28,148 bases of DNA from a bacterium (GCA_030642425.1 DAOWNU010000001.1:1-28148), one strand, 5' to 3'. Counted from the first letter of the stretch, positions 1 through 14,851 are shown. Numbers and translations: made by a program. Notes: generated from the sequence alone by a model not told the origin.

Positions 1-71
1 CCCGCATATTTCACAAATTCCACCCGAACAATTATTGTAGATTATGGAAAGTGCTCTTGTGTTATTGGAAT

Positions 72-163
72 AAGGGTTCAAGGGGTCGAGGGTTCAAGGG
101 GTCAAGGGGTCAAGGGAAATACAAAAACACTCGAGCCCTCGAATCCTTGAATCCTTGATCCCT
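72..163. repeat. Inverted pair of short tandem octamer arrays
   Basis: 72-116 reads AAGGGTTC AAGGGGTC GAGGGTTC AAGGGGTC AAGGGGTC AAGGG. 133-163 reads GAGCCCTC GAATCCTT GAATCCTT GATCCCT, approximately the reverse complement of the same unit. Confidence 0.8.
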
Positions 164-184
164 ATTCCTATTCGGTATTGCCGA

Positions 185-559
185 CTATTTTTTCGGCTTC
201 TTGGTGCCGTATTTCGAGCGGCTCTTGTTTCTGCCGTCAACACCGGTGGCGTCGAGAGCGCCGCGAATAATATGATACCTCACGCCGGGAAGGTCCTTTA
301 TCCTGCCGCCACGAACCAGAACAATACTGTGTTCCTGAAGCGTGTGGCCCTCGCCGGGGATATAGCATGTAACCTCTATTCCATTGGTCAGGCGCACACG
401 GGCTATTTTGCGCAGCGCGGAATTCGGTTTTTTCGGGGTCATTGTATAAACCCTGATACACACGCCGCGTCGCTGCGGGCAGTTCTTAAGGGCGGGCGAT
501 TTGGTCTTTTTCGTCGGCTTTTTCCGGCCGCTTTTTACAAGTTGATTGATTGTAGGCAT
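185..559 (-). CDS. rpsL: 30S ribosomal protein S12 (uS12), 124 aa
   Basis: MPTINQLV...CPQRRGVC...[11 protein letters not shown]...[16 protein letters not shown] at 559 with SD AAGGAG about 8 nt upstream, so the longer ORF-track start at 616 is rejected. Confidence 0.98.
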   Translation of the reverse strand: MPTINQLVKSGRKKPTKKTKSPALKNCPQRRGVCIRVYTMTPKKPNSALRKIARVRLTNGIEVTCYIPGEGHTLQEHSIVLVRGGRIKDLPGVRYHIIRGALDATGVDGRNKSRSKYGTKKPKK

Positions 560-581
560 ATTCGATACTCCTTCTTTTGTT

Positions 582-3500
582 CTATAAGTTATTGTAACTT
601 TCGGGATGTGTTTCAATAAAAAGTTCCTTCAACGATTCCGTCTCTTCCATCTCGGGGCCTTTGTATTTCGGTTGGATTTTCCTGTATTTCCCAAAGCCAG
701 TTCCCGCCGGGATAAGGCGTCCGATAATGACGTTCTCCTTCAGGCCGAGCAGCTCGTCTCTTTTGCCGCTGACCGCCGCTTCCGCGAGAACTCTCGTAGT
801 TTGCTGGAAACTCGCCGCGCTGATAAAGCTGTCTGTCGTGAGGCTTGCGCGTGTTATCCCCAGAAGAAGCGGCTCGAAAGTCGCTGGCTGGCTGCCCTGC
901 GCCATGATCTTATTGTTTTCCTCCAGGAATTCCCTTCTGTTCACTTCTTCATCCTCGAGAAACCTCGTGTCTCCGGGGGATTCGATCCTGACCTTACGAA
1001 GCATCTGTTTTATAATCACCTCGATATGTTTATCGTTGAGGGTGACTCCCTGAAGCCGATAGACCTCCTGTGTCTCGTTCAGCAAATAGTCCTGAACAGC
1101 GCGGTCTCCAAGCACCCTGAGAATATCGTGCGGGATAACCGGGCCGTCGCAGAGCTTCTGACCGGCGTGGACCTTGTCGTTCTCCTGCACAAGGATGTGC
1201 CTTCCACGTGGGATAATATACTCGAAGACCTCGCGTCCGACCTGAGGAGCCGCTTCCAAAAAGGCCTTTCCGTCGGGTCGAAGCCTGACAATCCGCGTCG
1301 GGGATATCTCGTAAATCAGGGAACCGTCCGGGTCGGTTCGGGGTTCGATCCCCACTCTGGCGAAACGGCTTCGCTTCCTTTGTTCGATTTTCAGGTTCCC
1401 GTCCTGAATAGAAACTCTGAAGCTGCGTCCGATTTTCAACGGTTCATCCTGCGGGACTTCATCGAGAATCTCGCCCCGCATTTCCTCCAGCGTATCGACC
1501 CCGAATACTTCTATCTTTGTCCCGGTCTTCCGTTCGGTTTCCGTGGGGAAACGAACGATGCCGTCGATCTCGGAGATAATTGCAGGCTCTTTCGGTTTTC
1601 TGGCCTCTAACAACTCCGCCACTCTGGGCAGTCCGCCGGTGATATCGCGCGTTTTCGACATCGATCTCAAAAGTTTGGCGAGTGGCTGCCCGGCTTTGAC
1701 CTTTTCGTCGTTTTCGACAAGCAGATGCGCCTCGGTGGGCATAGAATATGTCCCCAGTATTTTGCCGTTATCGTCCTTGATTATGAGTTTCGGATGGTAG
1801 TTGCGGTCGCGGAAGTCCATTATAACGAGCGACTTGGTCATGGTGGCATCGTCGACTTCCATCTTGGCCGTCCTGTCCTCGACTATATCAACAAACTCCA
1901 CCGTGCCGGTAACATCCGAGAGGATTGGGTTGATATATGGCTCCCACTCATAAAGAATCGATTTCGGGTCGATCTTTGTCCTGTGTTTGACATAAAGCTT
2001 TGCGCCGTAAGGCACTTTAAAATTATGCTCGATATCGTCCCTGTCCGTGATAATAATCTCGCCGGTGCGGTTGAGAACGATTCCCTCACTATCCCCGTCC
2101 GGGTCTTCGATAGCGCGAATATGCCTTAGCTTCACTTTGCCGCCGTATCGGCTGGTAACCTGAGATTGCTCCGTAATACGGCTTGCGGTTCCGCCGATAT
2201 GGAAGGTTCTAAGTGTAAGCTGGGTTCCGGGTTCTCCGATGGATTCCCCCGCGATGATCCCCACAGCTTCGCCCACATGAACGGGGCTATTCACAGCGAG
2301 ATCGCGTCCGTAACATTTCGCACAGACACCGTGGCGGGATTCGCATGTTAACACAGAGCGGATCATAACCGACTCGATGCCTCTATCCTCTATTTCGAGG
2401 GCCTGTTCGTCGGTAATTTCGGTGTCCGCTTCGACAATTATATTGTCCGTAATAGGATCGTAAATATCCTCCGCGGCCACCCGTCCGGCAATCCTTTCTC
2501 TCAGCGGGATAACAATATTTTCCCCCTCTTTCAGGGCAGTTCTCTCGACACCCTTGATCGTCCCGCAATCTTCTTCGTTGATTATCACGTCCTGGGCGAC
2601 GTCCACAAGCCTTCTGGTTAAATATCCGGCTTCGGCCGTTTTTAATGCCGTGTCCGCAAGTCCCTTACGCTGGCCGTGTGTGGAGATAAAATATTCGAGA
2701 ACTGTCAGCCCCTCTTTGAAATTTGACAGGATCGGCGTCTCGATAATCTCCTGCCCCGTCAGCCTTTTCTGCGGTTTGGACATAAGACCGCGCATGCCAG
2801 CCAACTGCCTGATCTGGTCCTGGCTTCCCCGCGCGCCGGAATCGACCATCATGGACAGGGCGTTGAAACCATGATCGGTTCTCAGGAGCGTTTTGAAGAG
2901 AGCCTCGGTAACATCGTCCTGCATTCGGTTCCAGATATCGATGACGTTATTGTATCGTTCACCCTCGGTAACCAATCCCTTTTGTCTGGCCGCATTGACT
3001 TTCCGCACTTCTTTTTTCGCATGTTCGATAAGTCCGGGTTTTTCCTGTGGCACAATCAGATCGTCCACGCCGATAGAAATCGCGGCTTGAGTTGCGAATT
3101 CGAAACCGAATGTTTTCAGTTCGTCGAGGAAAAGCGCCGTGGCCTTCAAACCCATCTTTTTGTAACTCAAAGCCACGAGGGAATTGAGAGTTTTCTTCTT
3201 CATTATTTCGTTATAATAGGGCATTCCAACGGGGATGGCCTGATTGAATAAAACCCTTCCGACAGTCGTCCAGATTATTACGCCCGGAATCTCGATATGA
3301 GCTAGAACGGTTTCGCTGGAAGACGACATCAGGCGGGCATGAAGCACCCCGCGCTCGGAATCGTATTCATCGTAATGAATTTGTCCCGCGCGACCCGCGG
3401 TAATTTCAATCGGTTCGCGTTCGGAAAGCTTATCGGGATCGCGCGAAAAACGCGGTATTCTGGCGATAACATCCCCGGCCTTGACCGATTCGCCGTCCTT

Positions 3501-5183
3501 GAACATCAAATGCTCTTCCTGTGGGATAATCCGCACCGCAATTTGCGGATGAAGTCCGATCTTCTTATGATCGTAAGCGATATTGACCTCGTTCGAGTTC
3601 AGGAATATCGTGCCTTCCCCCGGTTCGCCCGGTCTGTGCTTGGTGAGATAGTAGCATCCGAGAACCATATCCTGTGTTGGGCTGGCGACCGGCATGCCGT
3701 TGGATGGCCGCAAGATATTATTTGGGGCGAGCATGAGCCTGTGGGCCTCCATCTGTGCCTCGAAAGACAGCGGAACGTGCACCGGCATCTGGTCGCCGTC
3801 GAAGTCGGCGTTGAATGCCGCACAGACAAGTGGGTGGATATGTATTGCTTTGCCCTCGACAAGTTTCGGATAGAAGGCCTGGATACCCAATCTATGCAGT
3901 GTCGGCGCGCGGTTGAGAAGCACAGGATGATCTTTAATGATCTCTTCGAGAAGGTCCCAGATTTCGGGTTTCTCCTTCTCGACGAACTTCTTAGCGCTTT
4001 TAACTGTCTGCGTAAAGCCCTTTTCCTCCAGTTTTCGCAGGATGAAAGGCTTGAACAGCTCCAGAGCCATCGATTTTGGAAGCCCGCACTCGTGAAGTTT
4101 GAGTTCCGGTCCCACCACGATAACGCTTCGACCGGAATAATCGACGCGTTTTCCGAGGAGGTTCTGGCGGAAACGGCCCTGCTTCCCCCTCAGAAGCTCG
4201 GACAAAGATTTCAAGGGTCTGCGGGATCTTCCGCGCACCGAGCCGCTCTGTCGGCCATTGTCCAGCAGAGCGTCCACCGCCTCTTGAAGCATCCTCTTTT
4301 CGTTGCGAAGAATAACCTCTGGCGCTTGAATATCTATCAGCTTCTTAAGCCTGTTGTTTCGGTTGATCAGCCTGCGATAAAGGTCGTTAAGATCGCTCGT
4401 GGCGAACCTTCCGCCCTCTAAAGGCACCAGCGGTCGGAGATCGGGAGGTATAACCGGGATGATCTTGAATATCATCCATTCGGGCTGGTTATCGGAATGG
4501 CGGAAACTTTCTGCGACACCGAGACGCTTGAGCAGCGTTTTCCGCCTTTGCGAACTTGTCTCGGTCTTTATTCTGGTGCGAAGTTCTTTCACAAGTTCAT
4601 TAATGTCGATATTGGCAAGGAGCGTGTGAAGAGACGATGCGCCCATACCCGCCTTGAATTCAACATTGTTGGCCTTCAACTCGAAATATTCCTCGTCCGT
4701 GAGTATCTGGCCCGCGACAAGTCCCGTAACCTCGGCATCCCCCGGATCGACGACGATATAAGATTCGTAATAGATTATCTCCTCTATCTGCGAGATAGAG
4801 AGATCGAGAAGCCGCCCTATCCGCGACGGATGCGAGCGCACATACCAGATATGCGTTACCGGCACGGCCAGTTCGATATGCCCCATTCGGTCGCGGCGGA
4901 CACGGGCGCGGGTTATTTCCACGCCGCATCGGTCGCAGACCACACCCTTATATCGGATCCCCTTGTATTTTCCGCAAGAGCATTCCCAGTCCTTCACCGG
5001 ACCGAAGATTCTCGCGCAGAAAAGACCACCCTTCTCGGGCTTAAAGGTGCGATAATTAATAGTTTCCGGCTTAATAACCTCGCCGTAACTCCATGAGAGG
5101 ATCACTTCGGGGCTGGCCAACATAACCTTTACCCCCCTGAAATCCATCCCACTTTTGTCGTGAATATCGCTTGCTCTGGGCAC
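582..5183 (-). CDS. rpoC: DNA-directed RNA polymerase subunit beta'
   Basis: N-terminal Zn ribbon (CSCGK...CDRC), NADFDGD catalytic motif, [28 protein letters not shown]3 with two SBHM units, [12 protein letters not shown] start with GAGGGAG SD. Confidence 0.99.
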   Translation of the reverse strand: MPRASDIHDKSGMDFRGVKVMLASPEVILSWSYGEVIKPETINYRTFKPEKGGLFCARIFGPVKDWECSCGKYKGIRYKGVVCDRCGVEITRARVRRDRMGHIELAVPVTHIWYVRSHPSRIGRLLDLSISQIEEIIYYESYIVVDPGDAEVTGLVAGQILTDEEYFELKANNVEFKAGMGASSLHTLLANIDINELVKELRTRIKTETSSQRRKTLLKRLGVAESFRHSDNQPEWMIFKIIPVIPPDLRPLVPLEGGRFATSDLNDLYRRLINRNNRLKKLIDIQAPEVILRNEKRMLQEAVDALLDNGRQSGSVRGRSRRPLKSLSELLRGKQGRFRQNLLGKRVDYSGRSVIVVGPELKLHECGLPKSMALELFKPFILRKLEEKGFTQTVKSAKKFVEKEKPEIWDLLEEIIKDHPVLLNRAPTLHRLGIQAFYPKLVEGKAIHIHPLVCAAFNADFDGDQMPVHVPLSFEAQMEAHRLMLAPNNILRPSNGMPVASPTQDMVLGCYYLTKHRPGEPGEGTIFLNSNEVNIAYDHKKIGLHPQIAVRIIPQEEHLMFKDGESVKAGDVIARIPRFSRDPDKLSEREPIEITAGRAGQIHYDEYDSERGVLHARLMSSSSETVLAHIEIPGVIIWTTVGRVLFNQAIPVGMPYYNEIMKKKTLNSLVALSYKKMGLKATALFLDELKTFGFEFATQAAISIGVDDLIVPQEKPGLIEHAKKEVRKVNAARQKGLVTEGERYNNVIDIWNRMQDDVTEALFKTLLRTDHGFNALSMMVDSGARGSQDQIRQLAGMRGLMSKPQKRLTGQEIIETPILSNFKEGLTVLEYFISTHGQRKGLADTALKTAEAGYLTRRLVDVAQDVIINEEDCGTIKGVERTALKEGENIVIPLRERIAGRVAAEDIYDPITDNIIVEADTEITDEQALEIEDRGIESVMIRSVLTCESRHGVCAKCYGRDLAVNSPVHVGEAVGIIAGESIGEPGTQLTLRTFHIGGTASRITEQSQVTSRYGGKVKLRHIRAIEDPDGDSEGIVLNRTGEIIITDRDDIEHNFKVPYGAKLYVKHRTKIDPKSILYEWEPYINPILSDVTGTVEFVDIVEDRTAKMEVDDATMTKSLVIMDFRDRNYHPKLIIKDDNGKILGTYSMPTEAHLLVENDEKVKAGQPLAKLLRSMSKTRDITGGLPRVAELLEARKPKEPAIISEIDGIVRFPTETERKTGTKIEVFGVDTLEEMRGEILDEVPQDEPLKIGRSFRVSIQDGNLKIEQRKRSRFARVGIEPRTDPDGSLIYEISPTRIVRLRPDGKAFLEAAPQVGREVFEYIIPRGRHILVQENDKVHAGQKLCDGPVIPHDILRVLGDRAVQDYLLNETQEVYRLQGVTLNDKHIEVIIKQMLRKVRIESPGDTRFLEDEEVNRREFLEENNKIMAQGSQPATFEPLLLGITRASLTTDSFISAASFQQTTRVLAEAAVSGKRDELLGLKENVIIGRLIPAGTGFGKYRKIQPKYKGPEMEETESLKELFIETHPESYNNL

Positions 5184-5234
5184 GTTTATTCTCCCTCGTT
5201 AACGCGATATATTTAGGGAACAGGCCAAAACGGC

Positions 5235-9005
<3,771 letters not shown>

Positions 9006-9173
9006 GATTACCTCGCCTCATGCGGGTTTGCGCGTTGGTTTATTTTGCCGGAGCCGATAGGCCGTATTGCGATATAACAACACATTAGAAACAGCTATAA
9101 TAATAGACTGACAAAAAGCCGAAATCTGCTCGGTTTGTTCCCATTTATTGGGCCGGGCAGAAACGGCTGAATG

Positions 9174-9207
9174 GGGTCGTTCCATAGTATATCCTGCGGG
9201 ACGACCC
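9174..9207 (-). terminator. GC-rich hairpin just downstream of rplL (attenuator or processing site candidate)
   Basis: GGGTCGTTCC (9174-9183) pairs with GGGACGACCC (9198-9207). There is no clear U-tract, so the function is uncertain. Confidence 0.35.
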
Positions 9208-9220
9208 GAATGTTGAAGCA

Positions 9221-9637
9221 TTACTTGATCTCGATTTTGGCGCCGACAGCTTCGATCTTTTCTTTGATCTGCTTGGCCTCGTCCTCGGGGATATTCTCAA
9301 GTATTGCCGCGGGAAGCGTGCCTTCGACAAAGTCTTTGGCTTCCTTCAATCCGAGGCTGGTTACCGCGCGGATTTCCTTGATGACCTTGATCTTCTGGTC
9401 GCCGAAATCCACGAGCATGGGAGTGAAGGATGTCTTCTCCTCTGCCGGGGCCTCCGCGCCCGGAGCGGCCGGACCGACTGCCATAGCAATCGGCGCCGCG
9501 GCGGAAACTCCGAACTTATCCTCGAGAGCCTTGACCAGATCGGCAAGCTCCATAACGGTGAGGTTCTCAATACTTTCGAGGATGCCCTTGGCGTTATCGC
9601 TCAGGTTGATCTCGGGAGCATTATCTTCGGGACACAT
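9221..9637 (-). CDS. rplL: 50S ribosomal protein L7/L12 (bL12)
   Basis: [24 protein letters not shown] hinge, [26 protein letters not shown]-terminal domain. SD AAGGAG. Confidence 0.97.
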   Translation of the reverse strand: MCPEDNAPEINLSDNAKGILESIENLTVMELADLVKALEDKFGVSAAAPIAMAVGPAAPGAEAPAEEKTSFTPMLVDFGDQKIKVIKEIRAVTSLGLKEAKDFVEGTLPAAILENIPEDEAKQIKEKIEAVGAKIEIK

Positions 9638-9684
9638 AGTTTCTCCTTTTTTATTTGTTATTATTTCACTAATCGAAACTTATT

Positions 9685-10206
9685 TTAGGCCGCTCGCTTC
9701 TTATCCGCAATGGCGTTCAAGGCCACCACGAACCCGCGGAGCAGACCCGACAAAGAATATACCAGACCGGTGATTGGCGAGGCGATACCGCGCACAACCT
9801 GCGCCCGGAGTTCATCGACACCTGGAAGCGAGGCGAGTTCCTGGAATTTGGATATATCCAGAAGCACGTCGTCGATAATGACGGCCTTGACATGAGGCTT
9901 CTCGTTCTCCTTGATAAACTGCTGGAGCGCCTTTGCCGGTGAAACGGGATCGTCGATTGTCATTACGATGCTCGACGGCCCGACCAGCACTTCGTCTATC
10001 GGTATCTGACCGGCTTCGACCCGCGCAAGACTGATAAGTCTGTTCTTGGCGATCCGAATCCTTCCCCCGCTTTCGCGCAATTTCGCCCGAAGTGCGGTTA
10101 TCTCAGATACGTTCAGCCCGGTATGATCCGTAATAAATTGAACATTGTGCGAAGAAAGAAGCTCGACGAGCTTCTTAACTTCCAGTTCTTTTGCCGGATT
10201 GGGCAC
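9685..10206 (-). CDS. rplJ: 50S ribosomal protein L10 (uL10)
   Basis: DHTGLNVSEITALRAKLRE, IAKNRL, LASLPGVDELRAQVV. GTG start with AAGGAGG SD. Located between rplA and rplL. Confidence 0.96.
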   Translation of the reverse strand: MPNPAKELEVKKLVELLSSHNVQFITDHTGLNVSEITALRAKLRESGGRIRIAKNRLISLARVEAGQIPIDEVLVGPSSIVMTIDDPVSPAKALQQFIKENEKPHVKAVIIDDVLLDISKFQELASLPGVDELRAQVVRGIASPITGLVYSLSGLLRGFVVALNAIADKKRAA

Positions 10207-10216
10207 TATTCCTCCT

Positions 10217-10918
10217 TCATTTTTGCTGCAGGATATTGGCGAGGTCCACGCGAACGCCCGGTCCCATTGTTGTGGAGATCGTGCACGACTTGAAATAGGC
10301 GCCCTTGACCGCGGCGGGTTTGGCCTTGTTCAGGGCGTATATCAACGTGATGCAGTTCTCCTCGAGTTCCTCCATTGTAAAGGAGACCTTGCCGACCATT
10401 ACGTGTATTACTCCGCTCTTGTCGGTTCTGTATTCGATCTTACCGGCCTTCGCCTCTTTAACCGCCTGAGCGACATTCGGCGTGACAGTTCCGGCCTTCG
10501 GGTTAGGCATAAGCCCTCGCGGGCCGAGCACCTTTCCGAGCTTTCCGACCTTGCCCATCATTTTTGGATGAGCGATTGCCACGTCGAAATCGAACTCTCC
10601 GCCCTTTATCTTTTCCACCAGATCGTCGCTTCCCACGATTTCGGCGCCGGCTTCACTGGCGGCGTCGGCATCCTCGCCCTCGGCGAAAACCGCCACCCGG
10701 ACAGTCTTTCCGGTGCCGGCAGGCAAAATAACCGTCCCGCGGATCATCTGATCCGCGTGTCTCGGATCCACTCCGAGTTTCAAAGCCATATCCACCGATT
10801 CGTCGAATTTTGCGAACGAGCAGGACTTGATAAGTTCGAGCGCTTCCTTGAGAACAAAGGTTGCGTTGCTATCGATCTTCTCTCTCGCCGAATTATAATT
10901 TTTACCGTGCTTTGGCAT
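10217..10918 (-). CDS. rplA: 50S ribosomal protein L1 (uL1)
   Basis: AKFDESVD...[37 protein letters not shown]. Confidence 0.98.
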   Translation of the reverse strand: MPKHGKNYNSAREKIDSNATFVLKEALELIKSCSFAKFDESVDMALKLGVDPRHADQMIRGTVILPAGTGKTVRVAVFAEGEDADAASEAGAEIVGSDDLVEKIKGGEFDFDVAIAHPKMMGKVGKLGKVLGPRGLMPNPKAGTVTPNVAQAVKEAKAGKIEYRTDKSGVIHVMVGKVSFTMEELEENCITLIYALNKAKPAAVKGAYFKSCTISTTMGPGVRVDLANILQQK

Positions 10919-10929
10919 TTCGACCTCCT

Positions 10930-11355
10930 TTAGCCCACGACTTCGATGCCCATATTTCGAGCGGTTCCCTCGATAATGCGCATCGCGCCTTCGATATCGT
11001 TCGCGTTGAGATCGGGCATCTTGGTTTCCGCAATTTTCTTAACCTGTTTGCGGGTAACCTTGCCAACCTTCTCGCGGTTCGGTTCGCCGGAACCTTTTGC
11101 GATACCTGCAGCCTTCAGAAGAAGGTCGCTGGCGGGTGGAGTTTTTGTTATGAAGTCGAATTTATTATCCTTATAGACTGTTATGACTACGGGGATAATG
11201 GAGTCGCCCAACTGCGCGGTCTGGCTGTTGAAGGTCTTGCAGAAATCCATAATATTGATTCCTGCCTGACCCAGAGCAGGCCCCACCGGCGGAGCGGGCG
11301 TCGCCTTGCCTGCAGGTATCTGCAGCTTTACGATAGTTTTTACTTCTTTAGCCAT
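10930..11355 (-). CDS. rplK: 50S ribosomal protein L11 (uL11)
   Basis: [39 protein letters not shown]. Confidence 0.98.
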   Translation of the reverse strand: MAKEVKTIVKLQIPAGKATPAPPVGPALGQAGINIMDFCKTFNSQTAQLGDSIIPVVITVYKDNKFDFITKTPPASDLLLKAAGIAKGSGEPNREKVGKVTRKQVKKIAETKMPDLNANDIEGAMRIIEGTARNMGIEVVG

Positions 11356-11542
11356 ATACTTCCTTTCATCCTCCCACAGTTAGAGGCAAACCGTGGTAAA
11401 AGTGGACCTCCCGAGCACGGGAGATGTGAAAAAATAGAAGTTTCAAAGAGTGCGTCAAAAAAAACTAATTGCCGATAAAACACAGTCGGCGATTATCTAA
11501 CAGGACTTATCTCATCCGGAGCCGCGATGTATATCTTCTTAT

Positions 11543-12082
11543 CTATTCTTCGTCCTCCTTGACCTGAAGGAAATCTACCTCCACCGGAGTGAGCCGCCCA
11601 AAAATGCTTACCATTACCTTTATCTTTCCGCGCTCGTGGTTGATATTGGAAATAGTCCCCGAAAAATCCCGGAAAGGCCCGTCCACGACCTTGACTACAT
11701 CGCCGACAATGAATGGGATCTCGATCTTATGTTCGGTGGACCCGATACCCTCGGTGCGCGCGCGAATCCTCGTGATCTCGTCCTCGTCCATCGGCATCGG
11801 TTTGCCGCCGCGAGTTGTGAGAAAATTTGTAACCCCCGGAGTGCCGTTGACAAGCGCGATCGACTCCTTCGAAAGCTCCATATTAACAATAATATAGCTC
11901 GGGAAGAACTTCCTCTGAACAGTCCGGCGCTTGCCCTGGCGCATTTCAATAATATCCTCGGTGGGGATAAGAATTTCGAGAATCCGGTCCTCGTATCCCT
12001 TCTCGCGGATCGCGGCCTCCAGATAGCGTTTCGCCTTCTGCTCGTGGCCCGAAAGAGTATGGACTACATACCAGTTGATCAT
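11543..12082 (-). CDS. nusG: Transcription termination/antitermination factor NusG
   Basis: WYVVHTLSGHE, FFPSYIIVNM, TPGVTNF, KOW motif GDVVKVVDGPFRDFSG, VSIFGRLTPVE. Confidence 0.97.
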   Translation of the reverse strand: MINWYVVHTLSGHEQKAKRYLEAAIREKGYEDRILEILIPTEDIIEMRQGKRRTVQRKFFPSYIIVNMELSKESIALVNGTPGVTNFLTTRGGKPMPMDEDEITRIRARTEGIGSTEHKIEIPFIVGDVVKVVDGPFRDFSGTISNINHERGKIKVMVSIFGRLTPVEVDFLQVKEDEE

Positions 12083-12268
12083 CTACCCGAGCACCAATTT
12101 GACGAAATTAAGGAACAGATGGTCGATGATACCGATGAATATCAAAAGGATTATGCTGCTTATTACCACAGCCACGGTCAGTCCGGTCAACTCGTCTTTT
12201 GTCGGCCAGCGGACCTTTTTTGCCTCTTGATACGCCTCTTTCATGAACGTCTTAATTTTCTCGAACAT
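12083..12268 (-). CDS. secE: Preprotein translocase subunit SecE (single TM)
   Basis: KKVRWPTKDEL motif followed by a hydrophobic helix. Canonical position between tRNA-Trp and nusG. Confidence 0.93.
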   Translation of the reverse strand: MFEKIKTFMKEAYQEAKKVRWPTKDELTGLTVAVVISSIILLIFIGIIDHLFLNFVKLVLG

Positions 12269-12340
12269 ATCCAGCTTTCCCCGTTGGATCGTTTATTTAT
12301 CGGGCGGGGCTCATCGTTATGAACCCCGCCGCCTAATTAT

Positions 12341-12413
12341 CAGGCCCGGAGGGAATTGAACCCCCAACCCTCGGTTTTGGAGACCGATGCTCTGCCAATT
12401 GAGCTACAGGCCT
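12341..12413 (-). tRNA. tRNA-Trp(CCA)
   Basis: Reverse complement folds as a cloverleaf: AGGCCTG acceptor, anticodon loop CT-CCA-AA, GTTCAATTC T-loop. 3'-CCA is not encoded. Confidence 0.95.
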
Positions 12414-12436
12414 ATTCCTTGGCCGTCGAAAACCGG

Positions 12437-12589
12437 CTACCGGCTTTCCTTATGAATCGTATGCTTGCCGCATTTGCGGCAGAACTTTTTATACTCCACG
12501 CGTTCCGGATGAATCCGTTTGTTTTTCGTGGTAGTATAGTTCCTGGCCTTGCATTCGGTACACGCAAGTATTATAACGTCTCTTGGCAT
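12437..12589 (-). CDS. rpmG: 50S ribosomal protein L33 (bL33), Zn-binding C+ form, 50 aa; missing from the ORF track
   Basis: Manual translation: [50 protein letters not shown]. Confidence 0.96.
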   Translation of the reverse strand: MPRDVIILACTECKARNYTTTKNKRIHPERVEYKKFCRKCGKHTIHKESR

Positions 12590-12614
12590 TATTCACCTAA
12601 TCGAATCGAATAAA

Positions 12615-13823
<1,209 letters not shown>

Positions 13824-13870
13824 TTCCTTCCTCCTTATGACTAATAGCGCATGTTAATTAATTACGTATA

Positions 13871-14374
13871 TCAATTAAGGAAATCGAAAAGGATGTCCGC
13901 AAGGCGCCCGAGTATTCCACTGTTCGCTCCGCGCAGTTCCTTTTCTTCTTCCGTTTCTTCTTCAAATAACCGTTCAAGACCCTTTTCCTCGAACATCTTA
14001 CGGGCCTTAACATCCCAAATTTCGTCGAAGGCCTGAAGCGCCTCCAGTTCGCCCTTGTCGAGCCAGACACCGCATCCTGTTGTGCACCGGTCTATTATTA
14101 TTCCGCTGTCGTAGCCATAAACGGCCCGGCTCAGTTCGGCTTTGCACGAAGGACAGGACAACTCGTTATCGAGTTCCTTCTTCGGCACGACACTGGATCG
14201 CCAGTTCCTCGCCGCTTCGAGAGCCTCCTCCGGCATAATCTCCTTGCGCTTATCGATTATTCCGAGAAGCGCCTTGCCATCGACCCATATACCGCCGCAA
14301 GCGGCGCAGCGACTAATCGAGTAATCCTCGTAGAGGCCCTCTGAAAGCTCCCGTTTGCAGCGGGGACAGTTCAT
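13871..14374 (-). CDS. Tandem zinc-ribbon protein (zf-TFIIB-like domains x2) with acidic C-terminal tail
   Basis: CPRC...CAACGGIWVD and CPSC...DRCTTGCGVWLDKGEL match the CxxC-Cx2-3CxGxWxD pattern of bacterial zf-TFIIB proteins. ATG with GGAG SD. Confidence 0.8.
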   Translation of the reverse strand: MNCPRCKRELSEGLYEDYSISRCAACGGIWVDGKALLGIIDKRKEIMPEEALEAARNWRSSVVPKKELDNELSCPSCKAELSRAVYGYDSGIIIDRCTTGCGVWLDKGELEALQAFDEIWDVKARKMFEEKGLERLFEEETEEEKELRGANSGILGRLADILFDFLN

Positions 14375-14393
14375 AAATAACTCCGGGCTAAAA

Positions 14394-14466
14394 AGCCCAC
14401 GATCAGATTTGAACTGATGACCTCATCCTTACCAAGGATGTGCTCTACCGACTGAGCTACGTGGGC
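14394..14466 (-). tRNA. tRNA-Thr(GGT)
   Basis: GCCCACG acceptor, anticodon arm CATCC-TTGGTAA-GGATG, T-loop GTTCAAATC. Confidence 0.95.
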
Positions 14467-14501
14467 ATCCGTTCTCAAAAAGCGAAGAATCCACCTTCAA
14501 A

Positions 14502-14575
14502 AGCGGGAAACGGGATTCGAACCCGCGACATTCAGCTTGGAAGGCTGACGCTCTAGCCAACTGAGCTATTCCCGC
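14502..14575 (-). tRNA. tRNA-Gly(TCC)
   Basis: GCGGGAA acceptor, anticodon arm TCAGC-CTTCCAA-GCTGA, GTTCGAATC. Confidence 0.95.
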
Positions 14576-14586
14576 AAAGAACAAAA

Positions 14587-14668
14587 TGGTGGGGGGAGGA
14601 TTTGAACCTCCGAAGGCGTTGCCGACAGATTTACAGTCTGTTCCCTTTGACCACTCGGGAACCCCACC
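14587..14668 (-). tRNA. tRNA-Tyr(GTA)
   Basis: GGTGGGG acceptor, anticodon arm ACAGA-CTGTAAA-TCTGT, long variable arm, GTTCAAATC. Confidence 0.95.
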
Positions 14669-14712
14669 TTTGCCTATTAACGAACAAGCATCCGAAAAAA
14701 AAGGATATATCA

Positions 14713-14784
14713 AGCCGACGGAGGGAATCGAACCCTCAACCTGCGGTTTACAAGACCGCTGCTCTACCCTTGAGCTACATCGGC
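14713..14784 (-). tRNA. tRNA-Thr(TGT)
   Basis: GCCGATG acceptor, anticodon arm GCGGT-CTTGTAA-ACCGC, GTTCGATTC. Confidence 0.95.
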
Positions 14785-14822
14785 AAAATGCCATCCGGAC
14801 AATTCCGGTATAGATTTCGTTT

Positions 14823-14851
14823 AATAAATGAATTGTCCTATTGATTGTCAA
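14823..14851 (-). promoter_or_regulatory. Candidate sigma70 promoter for the tRNA-tuf operon
   Basis: TTGACA (minus strand, 14846-14851) with an A/T-rich UP-like tract upstream. The -10 candidate (TTTATT at 17-nt spacing) is weak. Confidence 0.45.

Noticed and set aside
1-7. Possible ATG-CGG start on the minus strand (rpsG?) at the window edge
   Set aside because: Only 7 nt are visible and the SD is weak, so it cannot be identified.
560-616. 19-aa N-terminal extension of S12 in the ORF track
   Set aside because: It overlaps the rpoC 3' end. The true start is ATG 559 with an SD.
14429-14851. ORFs overlapping the tRNA cluster (14429-14851, 14586-14813, 14602-14844)
   Set aside because: Spurious translations of tRNA genes.
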